The position numbers were made by a program, and so were the translations under genes. Source: Lingula anatina (taxonomy: Eukaryota; Animalia; Brachiopoda). From it: DNA of 64,000 nt. Position 1 is the first letter of the stretch; each line of letters starts with the position of its first letter. Shown here in pieces: positions 39,711 through 53,886 of the stretch. Under the pieces are notes generated by a model. That model did no database searches and had not been told where the DNA came from. It was given only the letters and a program-made list of their open reading frames with translations. The stretch covers positions 3,720,001-3,784,000 of the forward strand of contig CM120646.1 of the NCBI GenBank assembly GCA_051362555.1, in the 5' to 3' direction.

Positions 39711-42700
39711 TCTTATTTCCTGACGGTTGAGATTTGTCTGTATCAGTAATGAATATTAGTAAATTATATTCAGATATATGGTGCATGAAATAATACAGAT
39801 TTTGTTATGTGTATGATGTCAATTATACTTATATATTAATTTGCCGATTTAAATATTTTATCCATTTTCATTGAGCTAAAGACAAGGCGGGTTCTTAAGC
39901 AACGCTCACACTGCAAAAGAGGATCAGATCTATTCTGCTGTCCAATTTGAAATGGTATTTCGTCTTAATTATAATAATAATAAAATAATAAACAGTCTTT
40001 GCACTTTGAAAGACATGCACTTAACAGGCTAGACATGTCATGAGAAAGTGTCACAACAACAGTATAGTACAACAAATATATTCATTGTAGGTACAAAGAT
40101 ACGAGTTACTTGATTTTAGGTGAACTGTTCAGTATGGACAGAGTACTAGTGTGTTTTCCCCACGTGATCGGTCAGAGCAGTTGTTACAAATAGAAGGTGA
40201 TACAGCATGTTTTAGTGTGGGTCGTTCGAAGGCTCTTTCGTGAACTCGTAACATGCTAACAGGAGATGTACATGTAGATCCCTTCCAGCCTCCCTATTTC
40301 TAAGAATTGTAGGTGATTATCGGAAGACACCTTTGGTAAAAGTTATGCAAGTTTGCCTGATGAAAAGATAAGTTTTTTATATTAAATGCGTTCTATGTAC
40401 ACGTGTGAAATAAATTTGTAGGCTTGGGAGAAACCACCAAAATATTTCCCATTGACGACCATACTAAGAAATGCCTGCAAAACTGCATAAATAAAATAAT
40501 AAATCTGGGAAACATTTCCCATCTCCATGGACAGCAGACACACTGACATAACTCCAAATGGCAAAAAAATATACTGTCATGAACTCCGCTGTCTTACCGG
40601 CATCACTTGAACATGTGCACCCCTCTGTTTGTAAACAAACCACTGCACCACTCACAGTCAGTAGACCCTTCCGCCAGAGGTCTCACGACTGCACTGCACC
40701 TGTGCCTGGTCCTGAAAAAAAAACTGGCAGTAGTTAACACCCTACTCTGCTAGTTGATACCAAAATTAACCCTAGCAACACACAAGAAATGCCAGGAAAA
40801 AAATGGAAAAAAGCACTCATTTTTTCTCACTGAACTATATTCGTCTATAACAGGTGCTGATTGGTTGATTTGGAGGTTTCTGCCCTGAAAATGGCAATAA
40901 CATGAAACAGCCCTAACGTAATAGCTTAATAGGCAGGCCATAAGTTGTCAGTCTCCTGAGTTCCCACTTACGGGTGAGAATGCAGATCGCTGTGCGTAAC
41001 AGTTATGTAAATTGTCTTCTCTGTTGCCGTGCACGTCTGCACGGTAATTGATTGATGATAACTCACCTGGATCAGGCGGGGAAATTGGTCTCTCCACCTG
41101 ATATGCGCAGTACTTACCGTAATTGCGCGCTCTCCGCGCAGGGAGAGCACACCGGGTGAAGGTACCTGTAGGAAAGTGCACGATCACAGCCTATACAGAT
41201 GTATCGTTTATACAAGCCCGCTGGACGTGAAAAGGCCTGTAGAGATTATCCACTTCTCTCCCTACCGTGCGATCGCGTCCAACCCCTTTTTCGAGCACTC
41301 CTCTCGATTATTGTAAAACCTGCTAACCAAGCTAATTAGCCTGGAAAGTAGCACATCGCAACCGTAAGTGGGGCACCTGCGTTGAATATGATATATAGCA
41401 CATACAGGAATCACATGGTGGCGCCTCTGAACGAAATTCAATGCACATGTGTCCTGTGTGCATGCTCGGCATACCGAAGGCTGGTCACAGAAAGGCCAAG
41501 CAGTGGTCAGTATGGTCAGTTTGGGCCGTCAGCACCGCACGACTGACTGAATATCAGGGGCAGCCGATGTTGTAATCATAAATTTCGTTAATGGGACGAA
41601 TGTCACCTGTGAAAAGTAATGGGGAACTGACTGCGGTTCTTAGGCGACTAACATTTCTGTTACACCGGCTATGTGAAGCGTGTCTTTGTTACACTCTATT
41701 TACAATTTGCTCTAAACAATGGCCCATCTTGTTGTTCGCTTTTGACCCAGATGAGAGATTCAGAGTACCTTTTTCTGTTTTAACTGCACTTGTGACTTAT
41801 GGCATTTATTATTTTAGTCTACTACTTTGTGAAAGTCGGTATTCGAATCGCTGGAAACTGCTCAATGTACAGTTTCCCTTAAAGGCTGAAAATATTGTTA
41901 TTTATAGTTATATGCCATGAAGTCCAGCTTGAGAAATATCGTCCTATTCTCAGGCTATACATGGCTGTAGCCATGCACATAAACTCTTTGTAAATACTAC
42001 CTATTCACTATCTTGCATCTCTCCTTCAACCCATCCCAGCAACCCCTTTCATCCGTTTGTACCAACTATAACAGCCAACTAACACATTCTTGGGTTGTAA
42101 CATACCCTGTATTTATGTGGGTATTTGCAAATGTTTTTTCTTATTGGAAACCAAGAAATATGAATAAAAGATATATTACCGTTAAAATGATATTTGACAG
42201 AAAGGCTCGAAATATTAGATTCAGAGGGTAGAGAAATGCAGATACGATACTTCCTATACCTTTATTTCATTAATTTTTGGAAGATTACCGATTAATCTTG
42301 CTTAGAAAGTACCCATAAGTGGTGCCGTGGCCTAGAGACAATTGACTGTGTAGCTGAAAAATTCGATTTTTTTTTCGAATCTAAAACTCGCTGTCGGGTT
42401 ATGCTTACTTTACCGCAACGACAAACACTCTCCGCAAGTTTTGAGTGATATTCTTTAAACGACGACTTGCTTAAACACTGTATAAATTATTTTACAAGAA
42501 ATGAGATTCTTTTAAAAACGCCGCATTAAAACACTACATAAATTACTTTAATGTATGTCCATTCAAAATGGATAACATTCACATAAACTCAAGTCATTTT
42601 CTTGAGGGCTCTTATAAAATGAGATCTGTTCCTTCTCACACGATAGCATGCAAGTTTAATTCATAGATGATATGGGATGATGTATTTCTATATGCAGTTT

Positions 42701-42754
42701 TTTTTTCAAAGCATCACCACTCACACCGCCCCATGTCGACTGCACTGCAATGCG

Positions 42755-45700
42755 CTAGTCTGAAAGATGTTTTGACTCTTTACAATGTGATTCTAGTAGA
42801 GCTATTCCTTCCTCTTCGTTTTTACGGAATTTTTTCAACCATTCATGAACAAGAAGGTTGTGATATCTGAAAAACAACAAATTCTTCAGTGAGAAATATA
42901 ACCAGAAAAACTTTACTGAAGGATTTAAAATCAAATGCTGATAATCATCAAACATACTGATGTTCCTTTATCGGTCTGTTTGAATGAGGCATGCTGCGTT
43001 AGTTATGTGTGACGTCATACTTGACAAAAGACATTTCCATTGCTGCAAACCACTTGAGAAATTAACATATACAGTATAAATGATAAATTCACTACACACG
43101 AAATAATCGTATTCTAATCCTCGATGACCTTAAGCCCCTACGTTACCTCGGCCTCTCAAAGAACTGGAAATATTTGTCTGTGTCTAATCTTGGATAGATC
43201 CTGTCGAATCCTCCCCGCCTGCTGTTCTCGTCTATTGTGTCAACGAGGACCCGGATGTCATCCGGTGTCAGATTGTCCAGGATAGTAGATACGATATTCT
43301 GAGGGATAAAACAAGTTTGAATAATTATATAAATTGAAGTATATAATCAAAGACTACCTTTCAACAGAAGGGGTCGACAGTGGGGTGCCGGTGTTACGAA
43401 ACTAAGGGTGGTTATAATAGTAAGGGTTAGCCTGACTGCAACCTAAGTGGTTCAACATGTAGGGCGAGGCTCACCTGTACAAATGAATGGGAAGCGGACT
43501 CCCTCTCTATCGGACTCTCTGTCACGTAACAGTAAGTAAATCTCGGTTTTTAGTTTAAGATTTTTAATCAAGACTTTGTCTTTGAAGCGTTGTTATTGCC
43601 ATCCCTATCTAGACTGCCAGAGCAATAATTTGGTTTCGTACCGTTGGATGGCGCTAGTGGTGTAAAATACAAACCTCGTCCTTGTGGTTATCACAATAAT
43701 ATTTCTGTTTTGCTTGTTCTACGGTAGAGAGCGTATTTGACCACCACCGTTCGCCCAGCAGTAAGTGGTCAGGAACGTCAGACCCACTGGAATAGAAACA
43801 TTTGAATATCTTTACTATGTCCGATTTACGTTCGCCGGTGTAAAAAGGGAAAACTGTTGGAAAAGTAACAAACAAGGGCATAGGAATATTGTAACATATA
43901 GATTTCAGAAGTCAATGCACAAAACCATAGAAAACCACATTTTATCAAATCTGCCGTCGGTACACGTCAGTGAAGACATGCCGTACCTTTCTTCGTCGCT
44001 TTCATTGACTGCACCACCAGGAATTCTGAATCCGGCTATATTCAACAGGTCCCTGGCCATGGGGTCATTGACCGGGTGAAAGTGACCAGGATGTGCCAAA
44101 ATACTGAAAGAGAAATATTTAGAATGTACTGTGTAGAGACGATATGTATTTAAACAATGGTAAACACAATCGACCAGGCAAAGGTACTCGCACGCACACA
44201 TACACAGAGAGAGAGAGAGAGAGAGAGAAAAATCGTGTTGTCTAAAAATATATCAATCACTTACCCAGGTGCTATGTTGACCTCCAGAATCCAAGGATCC
44301 ATATTCTCGTCCAGAAGTATATCAAAGCCAAGCAGTTCATGTCCGCTGTATTTGCTTTTTAAGTATTTCCGTACTCCGTCATACATCTCAGGCTCTCCAC
44401 TATAAGAGGAGTTTTAAAAAAGATTTAATTTGGATAAGACATTCGGCCTTTTGCAGAGCGCTGAAAAGTCGAATTACTACTGTTACATCTACAAATCCTA
44501 ATTCCATTATTTATTTCCTGATTCAGTTTTGAGCTTAAATAAACTTCTTGCTTTGTACAATTTTACTTTATTATTATTATTATAATTATTATTTTTTTTT
44601 TTTTGCTAAGTATTTGAAAAGGCGATGAGACAAAGAGAAAAGACAGGAATAAGTTGGAAGAAAGAGAAAGGGCAATAATAACAACGAGGAAGAGGAAGGC
44701 GCATTACGTGATAATTGTCTTAATTACGATGTCTTTGATTTTCTCCCATATTGGCTCGTGGTCGATTCCGTCCGTCTTCTTCAGATACTCCCAGAGAGTA
44801 GAGATCGACCTGGTAATAAGATGAAAACTGGGGTTTAATAGTCATGGAGCGGGGCTAATAGCTTGGGCTTAGTTTAGTCGACCTGGGTCTATGAGACGGT
44901 AAAGAATGATTGGTCCACAATAAATGTATTTGACTATTGTCTACACTGAGAGTAAAATAAATCAGTCAAGGCAATCGCAATATGCTCTAAAAATTAAGAA
45001 ACCAAGAAACGAGAAAAATTGCCTTTTAGATTCTATGCAAAATGTAACTAAGTCGTCTAAGGCTTACATTAGTAGACTAAGATTTTAGTAAAAAAACTTT
45101 CTTTATAGACCTTTTGTGAATCAAGTCCCTGATTCAACTTACAAGATGCACGTTTTTATACATTCTGACCACATGGTCCACTATTAGTCTGTTACAAATT
45201 ATTATATAGCGTGTATTCTGAGAATATAAAGCAAATACTGAAGAAGCACAAAAAGTAGACTTCATAACTACCATTTATGTCCCGTTTTCAGAGAGTGATC
45301 CAGTGTGTATTCCGGGTTCTTTGTGTTGATTTCATTATTGGTCAGATGGATCATACCGTCCAGGTCCCCTGTGGTAAATCTGGGTTTTATATAAAGTTAT
45401 AATTAAGTCATACTGTGCGCGCTAGACCTTTATTTAGTTTAGCAATAAGATAAAATAATTTTTGGACATCCAGTTTTTTTCCACAATAGCAAGGGTATAT
45501 GCCAATCCAAAACTGTCGAAAAATTGCGTTTTAAACCCATTTCTAGTTCTGTACTTCTATTTTCTATTACCTTCAGGACAATAATTCACCAGTCTTCATT
45601 TACATTATAAAAGTGACTCAAAAAGTCAGGGTTTGGTGTACCTGTATAGCACACATTGGTGATTAAGACCAATTGTTATGATAAACAGTTAAATAATTGG

Positions 45701-48585
45701 TTTGCTTTTCAAAGGTAAAACGCACACTGTTTGTCAGTCAACACAACATTACCCTCCAGCAATATCAGGCTGCTTTATAAATACTGTAGCGTGAACGTTC
45801 AACGTCCATAAATGTCAAGTCTCAACATATTATCAATTTATAAATGATTTATTCATGATAAAAATCCTGTTTTTTTTTTTTTTTTTTTTTTGTTTTGTTT
45901 TTTTTATGAGTAACGTACTTTTTGGTAGCAAACTTGACTATTCCATCGGGGTAAATGTACACTCTTAGCGGGTCTATACTGGCAATATGGACATAGATCC
46001 TCAAGTCAAATTTATACCCGTCTATGAGATATGGGTTGGTGATATATCTGAAAGAGAAGCAGAAAAGGGGTATGCTGTTGTTACCTTTTAATTATTAAAA
46101 TACTGTGCGGCTATAATGCGTTTTCATCAATTTACTAAATGCACTGTTTAAAGATGATTTTTGAAATATTTATCTATATGGAAATACACATGCAAAGTAT
46201 GTATTATCAACCTAAAAAGAATTCTTAATATGAGATAATTGTATCATTCATTCCTATGGGGTTGTCTGAATTACTCTGCATGATAAAATTATTGACCCTT
46301 TGAATAATTAACATTAGAGTCATTAGTGTGGCATACCTTTGTATGACATTTCTTTGATCCCTCGGAATCTGTTCATATCGCTGTATCACTTCAATGCCTC
46401 TGCCTCCATGGAAACATGGCTAGCAATAAGAAAGATTATACACCATGTAAATATATCATTACGAAGAAACACATGAACGTTTTTGGGACAACAGTAAGGG
46501 ACCATTCCCAGACCCTACCGTACTAACTGTCGATCGATCTACCTCCAAGGGGATTCTCGCTAAATTGCAATAAACTTAAGCTGCTTAGATGGCTGTCAGT
46601 AGAACTGTCAGACAACTAAGCCGCTTAAGTTAGAAGACATTTAGCGAGATAACCCTCGGAGATGGATCGATCATGTTAGGTATGGGAACCAAATCTAAAA
46701 GTCAATGGTAAAAGCAACCAGACGACTGAGAGAGACGATACAGGACAGCCGCGGAGAATGGTCACGCCTAGAACAACCAACGGTTTCCTGATTTTGACTG
46801 AGGATAACCTATAAATTTAGGATCAAAACTGTTTATACACCACGTATAATGGCGCTTGTCGTTGGAGATTATTACATGATACCTGGGCTTACTCTATTGC
46901 TTTATACAAAATTATTTTAAAATGTACTTAGAAAAGTTTATTTTAATGCTTTCAATACTTCACTACGATAAAAAGCTGTTTGGACAATTCTGGAAATAGT
47001 GACTGTTAAAAAACATTTCCTCTCAAAGGATGAAACAAGTGAATTGTTCTCTTGATTGCCATTGGTGTTGATTTTGTATTAAATAGCACTGCGATGTCTT
47101 GTTTCTTCACCAATAATAGTCTTAAGGCTGCTTTCAAAAGCTCTTACAGGGTTAACAGATAAAACCCTACACATTTTTGCACTGTTTTTCACATATATGT
47201 TCAGTACCGGCTTTAAAATCCACAGTTGCCCCTTTGTGGCGAGATCCAATTCCACCCTCAGTGCGTCCATCTCATCAGGGATGATGTAGGTCGATGGATG
47301 GAAATTAAAGTTCTTCTTGCCGTGCTTTAGTTTCATTTTCCGCATCCTGTGTGCAAGACGGTCCTTGCAGCCTATGGCCCAGTTGTTGGGAAGGTGGTTA
47401 TACTGGAAAGAAAATGCTGTTAATTCAAATTCATTCCATTATTGACGGATATATTAATTAATTGTTATAACCTTGAATATTATAATATGCAATGTGCAAA
47501 AATATATTTTCCTATAACTATGGTAGCTATTGGATGGATAACAAGTTAAAGAAGTGTAAAAATCAATAATAATAATAATAATAATAAGTACCTTTTGACT
47601 GGGTTGAATGGATGCATACATGTGTGTTTGGTGGGGTTGATAACACCCAGTGTAACAACCTGACCACAGCCCGCCATCTGCAAAGTACAATCACATTCAT
47701 GGTAAATATATTAACGTTATTTAATGTTAATTATTTCTCTTCCTTAAACTTATTTTAAAGACAACGGGGGAAAACTTCAATCTGTTGGTGTATACATACA
47801 GCTCGTTAATTAAATGATTGACTAATTCAGTAATGATGACTTCACAAAATTAAAGTAAACATATTTATGAGTGTAGTTATCTTTAAAGTACGCATAGTCA
47901 CTGCATCTGAAATACAGATTCACAGGTTGTTCAGAAGATAGAAATGGCCAATATAAATGTCGCGACTTGTTGGAATATGTATGGTATGGTTATCTTCACA
48001 GTCTGACAGACATAGATGGTGTTCCAGATGTGAACAGACATAGTTCAGATCAATACCTTTGGTCAGTGCGTACCCAGACCGGTTTGCCGTGGCCGAGATG
48101 ATTGGGGAACCCGGCTCGTACCAGAACAGACGGCGCCGGATGTTCTCCGGAAGTGGCTCTTCTGCAATGAAACCCATAAAAATGTCTCTTTGCAAAAAAT
48201 GGTCACAGAAACAAATGTTAATATGAACATGGAGGAGGCAATTTGGAGCATGTTTTCAAAAGAACACAACTTTTGTGCAAGATAACTGAAACCTTGGGAA
48301 TTGTTCATACACACACGAAAGTTTACTTTCAGCAAATTTCTCGAGATTTAATGATATTTCATGGGTTCTGCTTACTGCATAATAAAAGAAAGAATGCTTG
48401 AGAGTAAGCTCTTCAATGAACAAAAGAATTCAATATCTAGCCATCTAGCTGCTCTAGTGATGTAGGCCCTGTAATATTAATAATGTACTTCATCGTGATA
48501 TGTGTATCAAACAGGCCCTACAGCACGAAGTTGATTAAGTTTTACAGTCAATACTGAAGGTGTGGCATATGTGTGTGTGCGTGTG

Positions 48586-48617
<32 letters not shown>

Positions 48618-51600
48618 TGCGTGCGTGTGTGTGTGTAAGCCTTACTCTGTTGTCCAGGCATTATAAAGTTGATGTAGGGTGGGACATTGGAGAACAGGCT
48701 GGGTGTGAGTGCCGGCAGTAACGGCTCCGATACCTTGTCTGGAATCACAATATATTTATGTATAAACAACTGATCAGATTATTAATTGAATCATCCTCAA
48801 CAGAATTAAAATTATATCATTTACCTTTTATAAATTTATAAATTTTACCTATTCAATAAAACGTAAATGATATGATAATATTCGAAACTAATTATTAAGT
48901 CTTAAAATATTGATGAATCAAATAACTTAAGACAAACCTGTGTGTATATAATAAATGTGTGAGTAATGACTTTACCGGTTGACGATGTCCATGTGATATC
49001 TTCCTTAGATGTATGAAGACAGTCCTCCAGATCTCCGTTAGCTGACGTCGGTTTTGAGCAGTGTTCATTGTCTGTGCAGCGTACTATAGGGAATAGATAC
49101 AGAGTAGATTCTGAATTCAATTTTAAGACTGAATTCAATTTCAGTGTCAAAAAAGCATGAAGGAAATATATGTCCTGTTTTCAGAAAAATAAGAATATAA
49201 AACCGGCACCGTTTCTGTAGACCATTATATCATAAGTACATGTATTGACAGCACATCAATTACGGATTAAATATTTAACCGCACGCAATGGTAACCATAA
49301 ACCATGGTACTTTTGTATATAGGAACGTAAAGTGAACTGCACACAAATCACAACATAGGCGGGGAATCTTTTCAGTGTCTATTAGCGGATTAGATGGCAA
49401 GCTTTTTAGTGGGTCGCCATGTTTGACTCGCGGACTAGTTAGTCCCCTGCTCTGAATGCGGCCTAAGAAGTCATTAGTCAACGAGCCATGCAATTTTGTC
49501 GGGACCTCCTTTTATTTCCCACATGGTTGTACATGGATGTTATTTAATGAGACCTGGACGCAAACTCGCAGGCCTGGTATCCTCTACCGCCGGGGCGGCA
49601 GATTAATAATGGGCATTTTTCTATAACACAGTTGAGAAAAGTGACACGTACATAATAATGTAGATACAGTATAGTGTAAACCTTTGGCCAATTTACATTT
49701 TGATTTTTTCACACTGACCAATCAATAGATTCGATTTTAAGATCTTGAAGTTCGTCTTGTGGCAGACGCAGTATCCAGAAGTCACAGAGCAACGGTGGGT
49801 GAGGTAGAGGCATGTGTGAGATGTCTTTCGCTCTTGTAAGATTAGATCCACTGTCCGATTCAAAACCCCGGTCTCGTAACATGACGTTAAGGTGTGCTGT
49901 CTTCTTACAAGCATGCAGTACCATGTTCTGATTGAAATTTTCCCATTTTTTTCTGTGATGATGAAATTCAAATTAAATATAATATTTATTTAGAATAATT
50001 ACAGAGAATAAACACACGGTATTCATGTATACAAATGATTATATCGGAGAAGTAATAAGCCGTGTAGGGGTCTGGTATCCCCTGAAACGGTAAGGCTTTT
50101 TTTTATGAATTCAAGTCACTTGTAAAATCACGTAATTACCAATCAAATATTGGCAGCAAGACTAAAATGTCCATTTTTCGCACATTTCGCTGACTTAAGC
50201 GCCCCCTATCAATATCACGGCCCATAGGTTTTATAGGACGACCCCCCTAAAATAAATTGTCATATATACATTTGTCTATCATAACCCGGTGTCAAACCGA
50301 GTATAGATTGCCGAGGAAATAAAAGTTACTTTAGAAGCCTCTTTTTAGGATAGGCGTCTAGTCTAATTGAAAATCAATCTATGACCCTGTTAGAGTGTAT
50401 TATACAGGCCAGGGCCCGTAACTCGAAAGCATCGCGGATTGCGACCGAGTGCATTGCGTAGGCTACTAGCAGCTCAATAATTGTCCAAACGTCTTTCCTC
50501 CATTTTCATGTCACAGATTTACGTACTCAGATCAAGTCGGCGACCTACATTTTATATAACCTGGTATACATTATAATAAGGACACAAGTTTTTACTCTCT
50601 CTTGTGTCTCATAGGTGGGGAATTAAAACACAATTAGACTGTATGAAAACTGTTAACTTTTTACTCTCAGATTATGTTCACTAGTTATGTACAGATACAT
50701 TGCAGCTCTCTGAATATTTATCATCTGTGTACTGAAGTACATTTCCGTGCTGCCTAGCGAACAAACAAAAATTATGTCATCACTCAGCCTGAATCTGGTA
50801 GAAAGTACATGAAAGTGAGGATGCAGTATATTTAGTAGGACCCAATTAAGGGTTATCCATTTTTATTGTCACTTTTACCAGCCTTCAACACGTACACTTT
50901 ATCCAGCCGCCCCCCCCCCCCCCCGCCATCAGAGCGCACAAGAAGAAAAGCTAAATATGATGACCTTTGACAGCAATTTGAACCATAATTTTATTATTAT
51001 TTTTATCAAGGGCATTATCCCCCTCCCAAGCGTACGGTTTGTAGACCTGTGAAAATGATGATAAAATTCATACATGTACAGAAAGCTACATGTATCAACA
51101 TCATGCATCTACGTAAAAATGTTATCTTCACTCTTGATATAGACGGGGCCCACATTATATTCTTGATTTCTAAGCTAAGTGTAGGTACTAGTATGCATAT
51201 ATATATATACTGGCGGTGAATGTTCAAGATGGCTTGGGTGATTGTTCCCTGTGATGCGGAAAAGTCTTGAATAAAGATGTACGTTTAGATATGATGATAC
51301 GCTTGGTACGATTGAATTGCGTAATCTATTATGTTACCGGTGTGACGTGGGAGAGCGTCCCCGTTGATAGAGTCCTGTTCCCATTAATTTGCATAGGTAA
51401 GATTTTGACCCAATTACGACAGGCAAACCTTAACATTATGTTGAGTGTGGACTCTCTCTATTATACAGACCCTTTGTTTCGTCACACTGGTCGTTTCCGT
51501 GCACGTTAGATAGAGATCTTGCCCATCGTTATCTATCCCTCACTCATGGTTTGCATATACTGGAAGGCATTACATTGCACTGTACAAGAATCATGCCCTC

Positions 51601-52748
51601 TACCAGGACGACAGTTTGATTTTTCACAGATATTCACATATCGATATGTCGCCAGGTATCTAGACAGCCATTTGGCTCTCTGCCTTTTTTTCCAATTTTT
51701 CCCAAAATAATCTGCCACCTTGGTAGAGGGTACAAGAATAACACGTACCATATATGTTGACTGGCTACTCTTTAATTAGTTAGTGGACCAGATAAAATGT
51801 GGAAGTATGATCACAAAAGGATACTAGGCAACAACTATGCATCTTGATAACAGAAGGCGTCCTTTTAAACCTACACCACAAATTACTTAACTAAGTTAAT
51901 TAAGACATGAATGAATTCCCCGTCTGTCAACATTTTAGTCATGGATGGCTGACCCCGTAAAGGTGAGTTATCGCATTGGACCACAGGTCCGCTGCCTGTG
52001 CTACTAGCGTGAAGACATAGGGGAAGCTGTTTAAGCTGAACTACACAGCAGTAATGTATTATGATCCGTTTGTCTATCCTACTATACAGCGACCTGCATC
52101 TGTTCAATCATATTTTTTCTCTAACTTAGACAATGATTTAGATCTACCGTAGGGCAAAACTTACAGGTTTTGTCACAGGATTGAAGTAAATTATAGGCCT
52201 ACAATGCAAAATGTATTTCTATCTCACACAGATAGTAGTTTTGATCACCGACTAAAAATCGCAAGACCGATTTGATAGCTGCTCCCGAAGGCAGTCCTAA
52301 CATGCACAGGGTCCATTAAATCATACATACACATGTATATTTCGTGCTGCATAAATGATGGGCCTAAGGTACCGGAATACAGTGTATCATTTCAACTCGC
52401 CTTATATGCTCTGAAATGTTTAGCTTGGTCATCTTCCCTCGCCTTTTTCCAGTTTCACGTTTTCAATTAACTTATGGCTGTTAGGTCTTACGCTTAAACC
52501 ATATGTTGCACTGAATACAATTCTATAATTAAAATATTTTATGCGTCTGTTCCGCGTAATAAAATCTTCCTCACATCCAACCTGCGTGTACTACGATTTC
52601 CCCATCACCATCAAGCCTACACGGACCAGGGAGTTGGACAATAACTGCGTTTAAACGGGACTCGTCAAGAAGCCTACGTACCTGTAGAATAAGTGGAAGC
52701 ACCTAGCAATAAAACTGCCCACGTAGTCCAGTTATTTGCCAGGGTCAT
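42755..52748 (-). CDS. TTLL4: TTLL4-like tubulin-tyrosine-ligase family ATP-grasp protein, copy A (567 aa model with predicted signal peptide)
   Basis: Exons 52682-52748 (inferred first exon), 48976-49083, 48646-48738, 48057-48161, 47592-47677, 47208-47402, 46337-46419, 45919-46047, 45272-45379, 44708-44809, 44265-44399, 43987-44103, 43675-43786, 43147-43298, 42755-42866. They total 1704 nt, in frame. Motifs: [66 protein letters not shown]. This is a divergent paralog, not necessarily the ortholog. Confidence 0.88.
46498..46690. mobile_element. Palindromic MITE (gatcgatc family) in an intron
   Basis: Arms gatcgatctacctccaaggggattctcgctaaat / atttagcgagataaccctcggagatggatcgatc. The end gaccattcccaga resembles the element at 53887-54101. 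Confidence 0.6.
49372..49463. mobile_element. Partial copy of the MITE at 55032-55205
   Basis: tgtctattagcgg.ttaga..gcaagctttttagt.ggtcgccat...cgcggactagttagtcc.ctg.tctgaatgc is shared with 55118-55201. Confidence 0.75.
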
Positions 52749-53642
52749 GTTGGGGGTATTTACTCCAGGGCGCACTGACAGGTACCTTGTGCTTCTTCGT
52801 CGTCACTTTATTAACTAGTGGTAAATCTACTCCTGCATGTTTAAACCTCTAGGCACAAGTGGAGCGTGACCAGACGCGATGGTATTAGACCTATCAGGTT
52901 CGCGTATGTAGCCTTTATAGATCTACATCTCTCATTATCGAAGATAGGTCTCTTTTGAAATAATGTTTTATCAATAATTTTGCTTAATTCATTTCTGATA
53001 TTTTTGTCTTTATAAAAAAAGATGAAGGCATTTCCTTAAAATCAATTAAGTGGCTGATATTCAAAGTAAGCTTCATTTTTTAAAATCGTTTTTGGACGTC
53101 GATGAGGGCATTAGGGAACCTTTATGACCTTGATCATGAGGGCCAGGTAAATAGATAAATTCAAGGCCAAAAATTTGAATAAGGCGCAGTTTTAAAGCTA
53201 CATGTATTTTTGACTGAATGAGAGATTAATTTGGTTGATGACTTGGCATGTCGACTTAATTTTAGTTGTATGAGAAATAACCAGAAGTGATATATACCGG
53301 TGCGTGACTGGAAATCCAACGTTTATATATGTTATTTGTAGGTAGGAGCAACCCTTCTGTTGACGTTGTATACATTTACGTTGAGGACTAATTACCTCTG
53401 GTAACTGCCTGTTATTACAAAATTGTATCTCTCTGTATGGAGTATTTATTTATTTACGGGGTACGTGAAAGGTATATCAATCACACGGCCTCATGGGTCT
53501 GCAAGTCCCCGTATTTTGCACATTTATCAAAACCATGTGATTGAGCTAGATAGGTTACAAGTTATAACAAGAGGAAACACAATAAGATATGTACGAAAAC
53601 AGCAGTTGCAGAAGTGCAGTAGTGATTTATGGTACAATTTAT

Positions 53643-53883
53643 GAGTGCATTCGGAACAGATGATCCGCCGGCTAAATAAGGCCGATCTCACTAAAGAGCA
53701 AGCCGCCCTAGTCCCCTGACGCTATCCCCGCCGCCATTAAACGGATTAAATCTCGGCTCCGATATTTAATTGCTAGGCCCCTGAAGTAACGGCGCGTGTG
53801 GAGGCGAGGAGCTTTTAGGTAGATCGGCAATATTTAGTCAGCGAATCTGTTAGTCTGCGGATCAACTTGTGCTGAATGCGCTC
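53643..53883. mobile_element. MITE with about 25-bp imperfect TIRs
   Basis: gagtgcattcggaacagatgatccg vs cggatcaacttgtgctgaatgcgctc. Confidence 0.65.
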
Positions 53884-53886
53884 TAT

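Noticed and set aside
49693-49971. Two short minus-strand ORFs as candidate TTLL-A first exon
   Set aside because: Both end in stops, and I found no convincing phase-1 donor. The 52682-52748 exon fits better.
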